DNA of 64,000 nucleotides from the NCBI GenBank assembly GCA_963762565.1, contig CAVXLD010000012.1, forward strand, positions 480,001 to 544,000, given 5' to 3'. A program made the translations under genes and the position numbers. The notes below the pieces were generated by a model. The model did no database searches, was not told where the DNA came from, and saw only the letters and a program-made list of their open reading frames with translations. Source of the DNA: an uncultured Verrucomicrobiae bacterium. GTDB lineage: Bacteria > Verrucomicrobiota > Verrucomicrobiia > Chthoniobacterales > JAFAMB01. Positions 28,461 to 38,604 of this stretch are shown piece after piece (within the stretch, counting starts at the first letter, position 1; each line of letters starts with the position of its first letter).

Positions 28461-28847
28461 CTATCTCGGCCCGGCGAGCCCGATCAAATGACCCTCTGGA
28501 TCCGTGAAGTGGCCGACGACGAGATCTGCCCCCGGGTTCTTTTCTGGGCCCATTCGGCGCGTCCCGCCGAGGCTCTCGGCTTTGCGGAGTGCAGCTTCGA
28601 CGTCGGGAACGCCGACGTAAAAGATCACGTAAGGGTCGTAGTCGACGCCTCCACCAACCCCACCCGGGATTCCTGTCCCATCACTGGTGGTGTTGCGGTT
28701 TACGAACCCGTAATTCCCCGGCTGGGAGATTGCTTTCGCGACCGGAGCGCTCGTGTCGAACTCCCATCCGAACAGATCGCCATAGTAACTCCGAAGCTTC
28801 CTGGCATCCTTCCCAATGATCTCAAAGTGCACAATTGGTTGTCCCAT
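28461..28847 (-). CDS. VOC/glyoxalase family protein
   Basis: PIVHFEIIG...YYGDLFGW, FTDPEGHLIGL. Confidence 0.9.
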   Translation of the reverse strand: MGQPIVHFEIIGKDARKLRSYYGDLFGWEFDTSAPVAKAISQPGNYGFVNRNTTSDGTGIPGGVGGGVDYDPYVIFYVGVPDVEAALRKAESLGGTRRMGPEKNPGADLVVGHFTDPEGHLIGLAGPR

Positions 28848-29243
28848 AGTGAGTATCTCCTCTGTTTACTTGTTCGTTTGACCTCAACAAATACGACGAA
28901 CGAGCTGTCGTCATTAGGACTGCGCCGGCTTCAATCGTCCTCGTCCTCGTGCTCGAAAGAGTTGTTCGCGGCGCGCCGTGTGTTCAGCGGTCGGAGTTTT
29001 TGGGCCAAATCGGTCACGAGAGTCCTTCGCGCACGGTCAGAATCGAGCACGAGGACGAGCACGAGCACGATGGGAGGCCGCGTCCCCTGAACTCCTTGTA
29101 CTCCTTGAACTCCTGAACTCCTGAACTCCTTCCCCCCTTCCCCTGTACTGGTCGGAAATCGTGCATTCTGAATCTGTGCAGACCTCGCCCCTTGACGCTA
29201 ATCTGGGCGAAAGATCGGTCTTTAGTACGACCCGCGCCAATAG

Positions 29244-31706
29244 ATGAACACTCTATTTCAGGACCTTCGTTTCGGCTGGCGTATGCTGCGCAAAAAGCCT
29301 GCCTTTACCGCGGTGACCATCCTGACGCTAGCCCTGGGTATTGGAGCCACCACCGCCATTTTCAGCATCGTCAACGCCGTGTTGTTGCGTTCTCTTCCGT
29401 ACCGTGACCCTGACGGTTTGGTGAAAATCATGTTCAGCAACCTGGGCACTGGATTGCACGATGTTCCTTTCTCAGTGCCCGAGTTCGATGATTTGAAGAA
29501 CCGGGCAGGCGTATTTGCAGAAGTCAGCGCGGTTTGGCCGACCAGCACGAATTTGACTGGAGCTAAAGAACCGCAACGCCTTGAGGCGCTCGCGGTCAGT
29601 CCTAACTACTTTTCCATGTTAGGCGCGACCCCACAGATCGGACGATTATTTGGCCCCGAGGATTTTGCGATTGGTTTCGCTCCGGCAGTCGTGATCAGCG
29701 ACAGCCTGTGGCGCCGCTCCTATGGCGCTGACCCCAACGTTCTTGGACGGACCCTGCATCTTGACAACGATCCGTATACGATCGTCGGTGTACTTCCTCC
29801 CGGATTCCGGCATCCTGGACGGACGATTTCGAGGGACGTGGAAGTATGGGTCACGGCAGGATTCAGTGCCGATCCTTTCCCTCAACCGACCCGCAGTCTC
29901 CGGCTGTTGCCTGGTGCCATCGGACGGCTAAAACCTGGCCTCAGCCAAGAGCAAGCTCAGGCCAAGCTGACTGCCATGGCGATCCAACTACGCCATGAGT
30001 TTGCCAAGGATTATCCACTGCCGGACCAATGGACCATTGAGATCCAACCCTTGCAGCAGTCTCTGGTAGGGAATGTCCGGCTGATGCTTCTGGTAGTGAT
30101 GGGTGCGGTCATCCTAGTCGTTCTGATTGTGTCGTTGAACATTGCCAATCTCCTCTTGGCGCGCGCTTCCACCAGACAAGCAGAAATGGCAGTGCGGTTG
30201 GCTCTGGGGTCAACCCGGGCCCGCCTGATTCGCCAGATGCTGACCGAATCTATGATGCTGTCGCTCTGCGGAAGTGTAATCGGTATAGCCATCGCGGGGA
30301 TCGGCTTAGGTTTTATACTTCGATTAGTGCCCGCTAACATTCCCCGACTCAACGAAGTTAGCGTCGACTGGGTCGTGCTCGCGTTTGCCTTGCTGATCTC
30401 GATTCTTGCTAGTGTGGTCTTCGGCCTTGCCCCAGCCATTCAATCGACGAAGTCCGATTTGTTCTTGGCAATTCGAGAAGGGGCCCGTGGTTCTGGTGAC
30501 AGCACCAAGACCAGCCGGTTACGTGATGGCCTAATTGTGTCTCAATTAACGTTTGCCGTGGTTATGATGGTTGGGGCCGGCCTACTGCTACGCACCTTCT
30601 GGGAACTGTTGCAGGTAAATCCAGGCTTCAATCCAGCCCGAGTGGTCGCTGCCGGCATCTGGCTCCCAGTCCCGAACGATCCCAAGGCAGATGCCTATAA
30701 CGGACTTGCCCCGCAAACGGCTTTTGCTCGGGAGCTACTACGGCGCATGAGGGCGATTCCAGGAGTTGACCTCGCTGGAATAACCTCCGCTTTGCCCGCC
30801 GCCAGCCAGACCCGTAGCGTTGCCCTGGCCATCGAGGACCACCCGACCGAATCCGCCCAAGATTTGCGGACTGAGATGATCAGGGTAAGCCCGGATTACT
30901 TCAAGGTGATGCAGGCGCCGCTCGTCCAAGGGCGCTTTTTCACCGAAAACGACGAAAGTGGCAAACAACTCGTCGCGATCGTTGATGAAACCACCGCTCA
31001 CCGTTACTGGACGGGCCGCGACCCACTCGGCCGGCGCCTCCGATTAGGAGAAGATGCCAGCCTTCCCTGGATCACCGTTGTTGGCATCGTCAAAGACATC
31101 AAGCATGACGGGATGGATATCAGTGGAGTTCCTCACATCTATGTTCCTATCTATCAAACCCAAGGCAGAGTGCTGAGTGTCGTGTTGCGGACCTCTTTAC
31201 CATCGTCTTCTTTGGAGGCCGAAATTCGACAACGTATCCAGAGCATCGATCCGGGCTTACCGGTGTTTGCTGTTTCCTCCATGATAGAGGTAATCGACAC
31301 ATCGCTCGCTCCGCATCGGTTTTCCGCAGGTCTGGTGGGCGGATTTGCGGGGCTCGCGCTTCTCTTGGCTTCCATCGGGATTTACGGCTTGCTGAATTAT
31401 ATGGTGAGCCAGCGCTCTCGCGAAATCGGTCTCCGGATGACCTTGGGGGCTCGGCCAACCGACATTATCAAACTGATCCTAAAAAAAGGCGCAGCTCTTG
31501 CCGGCTTCGGTATTGTGGCTGGTATGCTCCTGGCTGCGTCTGGCGCCCCGATGCTAGCAAGTTTGCTCTACGGCGTTCATCCCTTCGACACAGCGGTGTT
31601 TCTGATGGTGCCGCTGGTTTTACTGGCGGTAGCCCTTCTGGCTAGTTACATTCCCGCCCGGCGCGCGGCTAAAGTCGATCCAATCATTGCCCTGCGGAAA
31701 GGATAA
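29244..31706 (+). CDS. Duplicated MacB/FtsX-type ABC permease (ADOP-like)
   Basis: QDLRFGWRMLRKKPAFT, NIANLLLAR, QRSREIGLRMTLGA, PARRAAKVDP. Confidence 0.93.
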   Translation: MNTLFQDLRFGWRMLRKKPAFTAVTILTLALGIGATTAIFSIVNAVLLRSLPYRDPDGLVKIMFSNLGTGLHDVPFSVPEFDDLKNRAGVFAEVSAVWPTSTNLTGAKEPQRLEALAVSPNYFSMLGATPQIGRLFGPEDFAIGFAPAVVISDSLWRRSYGADPNVLGRTLHLDNDPYTIVGVLPPGFRHPGRTISRDVEVWVTAGFSADPFPQPTRSLRLLPGAIGRLKPGLSQEQAQAKLTAMAIQLRHEFAKDYPLPDQWTIEIQPLQQSLVGNVRLMLLVVMGAVILVVLIVSLNIANLLLARASTRQAEMAVRLALGSTRARLIRQMLTESMMLSLCGSVIGIAIAGIGLGFILRLVPANIPRLNEVSVDWVVLAFALLISILASVVFGLAPAIQSTKSDLFLAIREGARGSGDSTKTSRLRDGLIVSQLTFAVVMMVGAGLLLRTFWELLQVNPGFNPARVVAAGIWLPVPNDPKADAYNGLAPQTAFARELLRRMRAIPGVDLAGITSALPAASQTRSVALAIEDHPTESAQDLRTEMIRVSPDYFKVMQAPLVQGRFFTENDESGKQLVAIVDETTAHRYWTGRDPLGRRLRLGEDASLPWITVVGIVKDIKHDGMDISGVPHIYVPIYQTQGRVLSVVLRTSLPSSSLEAEIRQRIQSIDPGLPVFAVSSMIEVIDTSLAPHRFSAGLVGGFAGLALLLASIGIYGLLNYMVSQRSREIGLRMTLGARPTDIIKLILKKGAALAGFGIVAGMLLAASGAPMLASLLYGVHPFDTAVFLMVPLVLLAVALLASYIPARRAAKVDPIIALRKG

Positions 31707-32038
31707 ATCACCAATCACGTTTCCTCGGCCACCGCTAGGGACTATGCGTCGCACCTCCTTTAGGCTCCGCTCTACCGCCAATCCATCTGCGTAAATCTGC
31801 CTCCATTTTACCCCGGAGAATTTCGGGGCTGCGGTTGAATTGCCTTCCCTTTGCGCCTTTGCGTGAGATTTTATTCGTGTCCATTCGCGGTCCGTTTTTG
31901 CGTTTCTTCGCGGCTGTTAAGGTTTTCCACCAATCACTAATCACCACTCACCAATCACGCTCTTCCTCTCTTTGCGTGAGAATCCTTCTGGCTTCAGCGA
32001 TCACCTCGGGCTAAAACTTCATAGCACCCCCGCCGGCT

Positions 32039-33085
32039 ATGCCCGTGTCCGGAAAATTCGGTATCATTCGAAAGCTCAGGCGAAGCCTTGTGTATTTGCT
32101 CGCTGTTTTTGTGATCTCGGTCCTGGGGTATCTGAGCTTTGGATGGTCGTTGATTGATTCGGTTTACATGGTGGTGATCACCATGTTCAGCGTGGGGTTC
32201 GAGGAAGTACATCCGCTGGTTACTGTCTGGCAGAAAATCTTTACCATGCTGGTGATCATTGGCGGCACCAGCGCCGTCGTTTTCGTTATCGGCGAAGTCA
32301 TCCGTTTCATTACAGAAGGAGAAGTCTTAAAAGTGATCAAAGAACTTAAGAAAAGCCGGCAAGTCGAAGGGGTGGCTCAGCATACCATCATCTGCGGCTA
32401 TGGCCGGATCGGTCAGATTTTGGCGCATGATCTGAAGGCGCACGGATTCCCATTTGTGGTCGTAGACATTAACGATGAACGCTTGAGTATGGCCGAAGCC
32501 GAAGGTTGCCTTTTTGTCAAAGGCAGCGCGACTGAAGAAGAGACACTGATCAGCGCAGGAGCCGAACGCGCGTCGGTGTTAGCGACGGTTCTCCCCCAGG
32601 ACACGTTAAATGTGTTTATTACTCTGACCGCGCGGAACCTGAACCGAAACCTTCGGATTATTGCTAGGGGCGAACAACCCAGCACCGAGAAAAAGCTGCT
32701 GCAAGCCGGCGCAAACGAAGTCGTTCTCCCCGCTACGATTGGTGGGTCACGGATCGCACATATTATCACTCGCCCGGCCACGATGAATTTCCTGGGCGAT
32801 ACTCAAGCGATCATCGGTGAAGAACTAAAACGGCTCGGTGTAGAAATTGATGAACTACGTCTCCATCGACACACCTTTCTTATCGGGAAAAAAGTGCAGG
32901 AGTTACAAAATCTCGGTCAAGGAAATTTGCTGGTTCTGGCCATCCAACGAGCCGATGGGGCCATCTTGCAAAACGACTTTCTCCAAGAATCACTCGCCGA
33001 AGGTGACTCCGTTATCATCGTAGGCCGGAAACACGCTCTACCCTCAATCTTACGCGACGAAACGGAACGCGAAGAAATGCTTTAG
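32039..33085 (+). CDS. Potassium channel protein with TrkA-N/TrkA-C domains
   Basis: Pore motif TMFSVGFEE, IICGYGRIG RCK domain. Confidence 0.9.
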   Translation: MPVSGKFGIIRKLRRSLVYLLAVFVISVLGYLSFGWSLIDSVYMVVITMFSVGFEEVHPLVTVWQKIFTMLVIIGGTSAVVFVIGEVIRFITEGEVLKVIKELKKSRQVEGVAQHTIICGYGRIGQILAHDLKAHGFPFVVVDINDERLSMAEAEGCLFVKGSATEEETLISAGAERASVLATVLPQDTLNVFITLTARNLNRNLRIIARGEQPSTEKKLLQAGANEVVLPATIGGSRIAHIITRPATMNFLGDTQAIIGEELKRLGVEIDELRLHRHTFLIGKKVQELQNLGQGNLLVLAIQRADGAILQNDFLQESLAEGDSVIIVGRKHALPSILRDETEREEML

Positions 33086-33486
33086 CCGCGTTTTGAGCCC
33101 TTAGAAACATCTCGACCCGTGGAGAAGTCCTGACATTTGAGAAGAAAAACCGGAGAATAAATTCACCACAAAGACACAGAGAGCACAAAGGTCAAGGCCA
33201 AATACCCCCATCACTTTTCGCCAATCATCCTTCACCTTTGCCCCCTTTTGCCTCTTTGCGTGAGAATTAGTCTTCGCCTTTTTTTTGCCTTTTGCTCTCT
33301 TTCTGCGGCTATTAAGGTCTTCCACCAATCACTTCTCACCAATTACCCTTCGACGCGCCAAATGTTTGCTCAGAGCGGGCCTCCCACCGTATGCATTTCC
33401 GTTCCCTATCTGCGAAATCTGCGTTCATCTGCGGTTGAAGTTTTTTTCTTTTGCTTCTATTCGCGGTCCGTTTTCGAATTATTGAC

Positions 33487-34365
33487 CTACTTTAACTTTC
33501 GCCCCATTAGCTTTTCTAACACCCGTAAGGGAGCGGTGCTCTGATCATGCAGCCGGTTGATATCGAGAAGGAATGTTTGCTCGAGCTGGTATTGTCCGCG
33601 CATTTGGGCGTGCGAAACTTGGTCGGTAAAAGCTAACCAGGTAGAACCGGCGGGAAATTCCAATTTAACCTGCTCAGCTTCCAACTGATAACGTTGGTCG
33701 CGTTTCATCCGAGCTTGAAGGCATAGCATAATGTGATCATAGAAGGTTCGCCGGCTCTTGGTCGTGCTGGTTAGCATCAGAGCCACGCTCGAAAACGGGA
33801 AGGGCGGTTTTATCGAAGATAGGAAGCGCCCGGCTGTCTGTTCGAACGGTTCGCCAATTCGCCAGAGATGACTTTGGCCCTCGAGATTCACATTGCAGAA
33901 AAGCCTTAAGATCCGATTGCCTTGCACAGGTGACGATGGGAACGCGTCGATATGGAGCCGGGTATCATCCTCGCGCCATGCCCTAGGCCGAGCTTCGATC
34001 TCAATTGGGCGAAAGCTTGCTCGCACAGGGACAAGTCCGCTTCGATAGATCGGTAACAACCGGGTGACAGTTCCTTGGGCGAAAGCCGTAAATCCTGCCA
34101 TCATTTCTTGGAGTAATGATAGGCTGCGTCCCGCACTCTTGGTTCCATAGAGTTTCCGGTTGACCGGACTGAAGCTGACCGTCTTCGAGTGTTTGCGAAG
34201 TATAGATGGAGAAAAAAGAGGCTGATTGGAGTCCGGTACTGGGAATCCGTACCCAGGAAGAAACAGAATCTGGCCGGCTTCGAGAGCTTGAGCTGAACGA
34301 TAGCAGGTATCCGCTGCCACCGGGGACCGCCCCGGTGGAAGATCGACCGCCTCAATGTACTTCAT
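33487..34365 (-). CDS. Kdo hydroxylase (KdoO) family protein
   Basis: SFRPIE, DDTRLHIDAFPS, RILRLFCNVN, DQVSH..MRGQYQLEQT. Confidence 0.85.
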   Translation of the reverse strand: MKYIEAVDLPPGRSPVAADTCYRSAQALEAGQILFLPGYGFPVPDSNQPLFSPSILRKHSKTVSFSPVNRKLYGTKSAGRSLSLLQEMMAGFTAFAQGTVTRLLPIYRSGLVPVRASFRPIEIEARPRAWREDDTRLHIDAFPSSPVQGNRILRLFCNVNLEGQSHLWRIGEPFEQTAGRFLSSIKPPFPFSSVALMLTSTTKSRRTFYDHIMLCLQARMKRDQRYQLEAEQVKLEFPAGSTWLAFTDQVSHAQMRGQYQLEQTFLLDINRLHDQSTAPLRVLEKLMGRKLK

Positions 34366-34705
34366 AGTCTGAGGGGTTTAAGACGGGCAGCCGGGCGATG
34401 CGCTTGCCAAGCTAACCGTAAGCCCATTAAACTGAGCATATAGTTGATAATCTTCAACTTACAACAGTTTGTCTCAAAATGAGATTTTTCCTTGCCAGGT
34501 TGAGACAACACTTGGGGATCATTGGGCGAGCCTAGCTTAACTAGCCGCGGACAGATGGCGCCTGAGTTTCGTTGGCACGGAAGCTGCCTATCACTGAATG
34601 GGCCTGAGCCGGTAATGCAGGTCACTATCACATCTGCATGATCCTTGGTGACTACTTTCTAAGGTCGCTAAGCATCTAGTCTAACAGAGAAGCAGAGGAA
34701 CTAAC

Positions 34706-35962
34706 ATGAGCGTCGTAGCTGTCAACGCGCTAATCCGCTGGCTCCGCAACCGCGGCCGATCAGCGGAACAGCAGCTACGGAGCTGCGCGCTCTGTGGAAC
34801 GAAATTGGCCGCGGAGGCAATGGAGTGTCCGGTTTGTATGTTGCACGGAGCGCTTCGCCATAAATCTGCAACCGTCGACGAGCTATCTGTTACGCAAGAC
34901 GCAAAAGATTGTTCTGTTAAGGGCGTCGGATCGAGGTCGTTCGTCCGTCGCTTTGAGAACTACGAAGTGATGTTGGATCAGGAAGGTAACCCGCTCGAGT
35001 TAGGCCGCGGCGCGATGGGCATCACTTACAAAGGGCTCGACGTCGATTTGCAGGTCCCAGTAGCGATCAAAGTCATCAGCGAGAGATATCTTGATAACGA
35101 GTGGGCGCGCCTCCGTTTTTTGCGGGAAGCTCGAGCCGCGGCGAGAGTTCACCACTCGAACGTAGCTTCCGTGTTTCATCTAGGTTGGAGCGGTGGAAAT
35201 TACTTTTACGCGATGGAGTTTGTTCATGGTGAAACCTTGGAAAAATTAATTCGAAATTCTGGCAGATTAGCGATTCCAGTTGCACTCGAAGTTGTCGCCC
35301 AAGTGGCTTCCGGGTTGGCAGGTATTGACAAACAGGGCCTGGTTCACCGCGACATTAAACCAACCAATATTATGGTTCTTTGCCAGGAGAACCGCCTGGA
35401 GACCGTCAAAATTATCGATTTAGGGTTGGTTAAGGGTGTGACAGAAGAAAACACGATTTCGGTCCCGGGCAGCCTGGTTGGAACGCCAGCCTACGCCAGT
35501 CCCGAGCAGTTTGCCGGAGTAACCATCGATATTCGTTCTGACCTGTATTCGTTAGGCATCATGCTCTGGGAGATGGTCTCGGGTAAATTGCCTTTCGAAG
35601 GTTCGGCGGCGGAGTTGATGTATCAGCATCAATATGCCGCGCCGCCGGTTCAAAAGCTGCAAAACATTCGGGCGCAAGTTATAAGACTGCTCCGGGTTCT
35701 CCTGGAAAAGGATTCCAACCGCCGTTTTCAAGACCCTACGCAACTTCTGAACTCGATCACCAGCATTAAGAACGCGATCGCTGCTAGCGACGTTCTGACC
35801 ACGAATGGACCACGACGTATTAGCTATCGGGTATCAAATCGATTGCGAAGAATATTGCCAACAAAGAAGGCTTTTCGTTGGCCGGCGCGGATTGGATTGG
35901 TTTTGGGTTATCTTGCGCTTGGCGCCTTCTTTTCCCACGCGTATCGGGAAGCAAATCGCTGA
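34706..35962 (+). CDS. Hanks-type Ser/Thr protein kinase (C-terminal part decayed)
   Basis: LGRGAMG, VAIK, VHRDIKPTN, DLG, GTPAYASPEQ. Confidence 0.9.
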   Translation: MSVVAVNALIRWLRNRGRSAEQQLRSCALCGTKLAAEAMECPVCMLHGALRHKSATVDELSVTQDAKDCSVKGVGSRSFVRRFENYEVMLDQEGNPLELGRGAMGITYKGLDVDLQVPVAIKVISERYLDNEWARLRFLREARAAARVHHSNVASVFHLGWSGGNYFYAMEFVHGETLEKLIRNSGRLAIPVALEVVAQVASGLAGIDKQGLVHRDIKPTNIMVLCQENRLETVKIIDLGLVKGVTEENTISVPGSLVGTPAYASPEQFAGVTIDIRSDLYSLGIMLWEMVSGKLPFEGSAAELMYQHQYAAPPVQKLQNIRAQVIRLLRVLLEKDSNRRFQDPTQLLNSITSIKNAIAASDVLTTNGPRRISYRVSNRLRRILPTKKAFRWPARIGLVLGYLALGAFFSHAYREANR

Positions 35963-36251
35963 GGCATTGGGTGTCGCCAATGTGTTGGAAGGAGTTGTAC
36001 GTCGGAATGGTAATCGAGTTCGGGTAAGCGCAGAACTGATCGATGCCTGCAACGATCACATGACTTGGGCGGATAGTTATGACCTCGATGTTACCGATAT
36101 ATTTGCCATTCAGAGCGAGGTAGCTCAGGCGATTGCTCGGAAACTAACGGTGACTCTATCGGATGGTGAAACGGGGCGGAATGGACAAAAACCGAAGGGC
36201 AAACTTGAGGTCTATAACCCTTTCGCCAGAACCGGAGTAGCTGGTCCGTAG
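35955..36251 (+). pseudogene. Out-of-frame TolB-like domain remnant of a kinase-TolB-TPR protein
   Basis: IAEALGVANVLEGVVRRNGNRVRVSAELID...WADSYD...DIFAIQSEVAQAIA in a different frame from the kinase. Confidence 0.75.
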
Positions 36252-36478
36252 CACCGCTTTGCGGCTCTACTAGGCTTCGCATATCTAAGGCGGTCGGCCT
36301 CGCTACCTGTCGCGCCGTAGGCTTGGCGAAGGCGGAAGCGAGGCAGCGCTCCACAAAGGGCCTACCCCATCTGCGTAAATTTCACCCCGGAGAATTTCGG
36401 GGCTGCGTTTATCTGCGGTTGAATTTGTATTCGCGTTTATTCGTGGCCTGTCGCGCCGTAGGCCTGGCGGAGGCGGAT

Positions 36479-37432
36479 TCATTCGCGGTCCAAAAACTCC
36501 ACCACCCGCCGCTCAGACCAAGGCTCAATCCCGTGAACTAGATCAATAAACCCTAGGTGACCTCCCGACTTCGGCATCTCCAAGAACAGACTCGGATTAC
36601 CTTCTGCTTCCGTAACCGGAAACGATTCCGGGGTAAGCAACGGATCATCACAAGCAATCAAAATCAGGGTCGGAACGTTGATCCGATGCAGATACTGGCG
36701 AGCACTTGTCTTCCCCCAATAGTCTTCTGCATCACGAAAACCATGAATCGGTGCAGTATACCGATCATCGAATTCCTCGAATGTCCGGATCATGTGGATA
36801 CCGCTCACATCGAATTTATCGGGAAACCGAACTGCTTTAGCTTCAACTTTGGCGATCAAACTTTTGATAAAACTGCGTCGATAGATCCGGTTACTCCAAT
36901 GCCGGTCCAGCGCCCGTGCTGTAGCCGCAAGATTGAGCGGCGCAGAAATCGCAGCCGCACTCACTACCGCTGGATGCGGGCTCGATTCGCCCAAATATTT
37001 CAGGGTTACATTTCCTCCGAGACTGAACCCGACTAACGCGACCCGGGAATATCTGGTCGCCGCAAAATCAATCACCGCGCCGAGATCACCGGTCTCGCCA
37101 CTATGATAAAGCCGCGGTAACCGGTTCGTCTCCTGACTACAACCGCGAAAATCCCATACCAACACATCCCATCCCGCGGCATTGAGCTTTGCCGCCATCC
37201 CGCGAATGTAACGAGCATCAGCAGACCCCTCTAATCCATGTGAGAGAATGACCAGCCGGTCTGCACCGATCCGCGACCAGCCCAGATCAAGAAAATCGCC
37301 ATCGATCAACTCCAAGCGTTCACGCTGAAACGCAACATCCGACCGCGGCGGTAGTAAGGCTGATAGCACCGTCTGGATATGCCCGTTGCAAAGGAAGAAA
37401 GGCGGACGAAACCGGGAAACGAGAACAGGCAT
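36479..37432 (-). CDS. YheT-like alpha/beta hydrolase
   Basis: NGHIQT, HGLEGS, GFSLGG, DDP, GGHLGF. Confidence 0.92.
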   Translation of the reverse strand: MPVLVSRFRPPFFLCNGHIQTVLSALLPPRSDVAFQRERLELIDGDFLDLGWSRIGADRLVILSHGLEGSADARYIRGMAAKLNAAGWDVLVWDFRGCSQETNRLPRLYHSGETGDLGAVIDFAATRYSRVALVGFSLGGNVTLKYLGESSPHPAVVSAAAISAPLNLAATARALDRHWSNRIYRRSFIKSLIAKVEAKAVRFPDKFDVSGIHMIRTFEEFDDRYTAPIHGFRDAEDYWGKTSARQYLHRINVPTLILIACDDPLLTPESFPVTEAEGNPSLFLEMPKSGGHLGFIDLVHGIEPWSERRVVEFLDRE

Positions 37433-38604
37433 AACAGAGTATCCACGCGGAGCAAAGCGCTGACAAACAGACGGAAGCCGCAAGAGACACAAAAATGAAC
37501 CGCGAATGCACACGAATTGACACGAAAACAGAAGACTAAAGCGAACCACAGATAGACGCAGATTTACGCAGATAGGGGCCGCTAAAAGAAGCGAAGCCTA
37601 GTAAAGCCGCGAAGCGGTGGAATATCTATAGCTGCTAGGGTGAGTCTGCGAGCCCTAGGAAAGCATCCAAAAAACCGCCCAGCGCTGAAAGCGCGCAAGA
37701 ACCGCATCTCAAAGACCACGACTTGCAAGCTCAATCTAGGCTCCTGTAACAGACCCATCAGCGTAAATCTGCGTCCATTTTACCCCGAAGAATTTCGGGG
37801 CTGCGGTTCGTCTTTCTTCGCGGCTATTAAGCTTTTCCACTTGGCGTGAATTCGTGTCCATTCGCAACCTGGCGCGCCGTAGCGAGATAAGGTTGGCTGG
37901 CTGCAGCGAGCGCGAACTTCCTCTGGCTGTTTCAATGCTTCCAGATCAAACCGCTTAAAATCATGCGGCTGATCCCCGTGCACTTCTGCCGGCACCGGGT
38001 GCCGCAGGTGCGGTCTCAGCGCGATCAAGACCATTCCGAATCCATCCATGGTTTATCCTTCAGTTTGGTTCCTCTCCGCATTCTAGTTCCCTCACCTCGC
38101 AATGGTGGGTGCTTTCCAGAATGCCCAGGGGTCCCGATTTCCGGAAACCAAGCTGGACAGCTTTGGTCGTTTATTTAGAGATCACGCTAGCTCTCTTTAT
38201 AGACCCACCTTCCCGGATACCGTTCGAAGATCCCGCTGAGCAGCCACCGAATGCGTGAGATTTTCATTCGCGTCTATTCGTGTCCATTCGCGGTTCGTTT
38301 TTGTGCCTTTTGCGGCTATTGAATTCATCTGCGTAAATCTGCGTCCATCTGCGGTTGTTGTCTTTTCTTTGTGGCTTTGTGGCTTTGTGTCTTTGTGTGA
38401 GATTCTGGTTTTAACGCCCAAGGGGTGGCCACCCCGTTCGGCCTCGCAAGCAAGGCAGCGCTCCACGGGCGTCGCGGCTTCGCGGCGTTTGAGGTCTTCC
38501 ACCAATCACCAATCACCAATCACGTTCTTCCGCTTTGCGTCTTTGAGATAGACATCAAACCCGAGGGTCGCTAGACCAGTACCAGGCTGCCACCGAGCGC
38601 TCAG

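Noticed and set aside
37780..38200. Possible small genes (ORFs 37780-38049 and 37963-38178)
   Set aside because: No recognisable motif, partly repeat-derived; cannot be supported.
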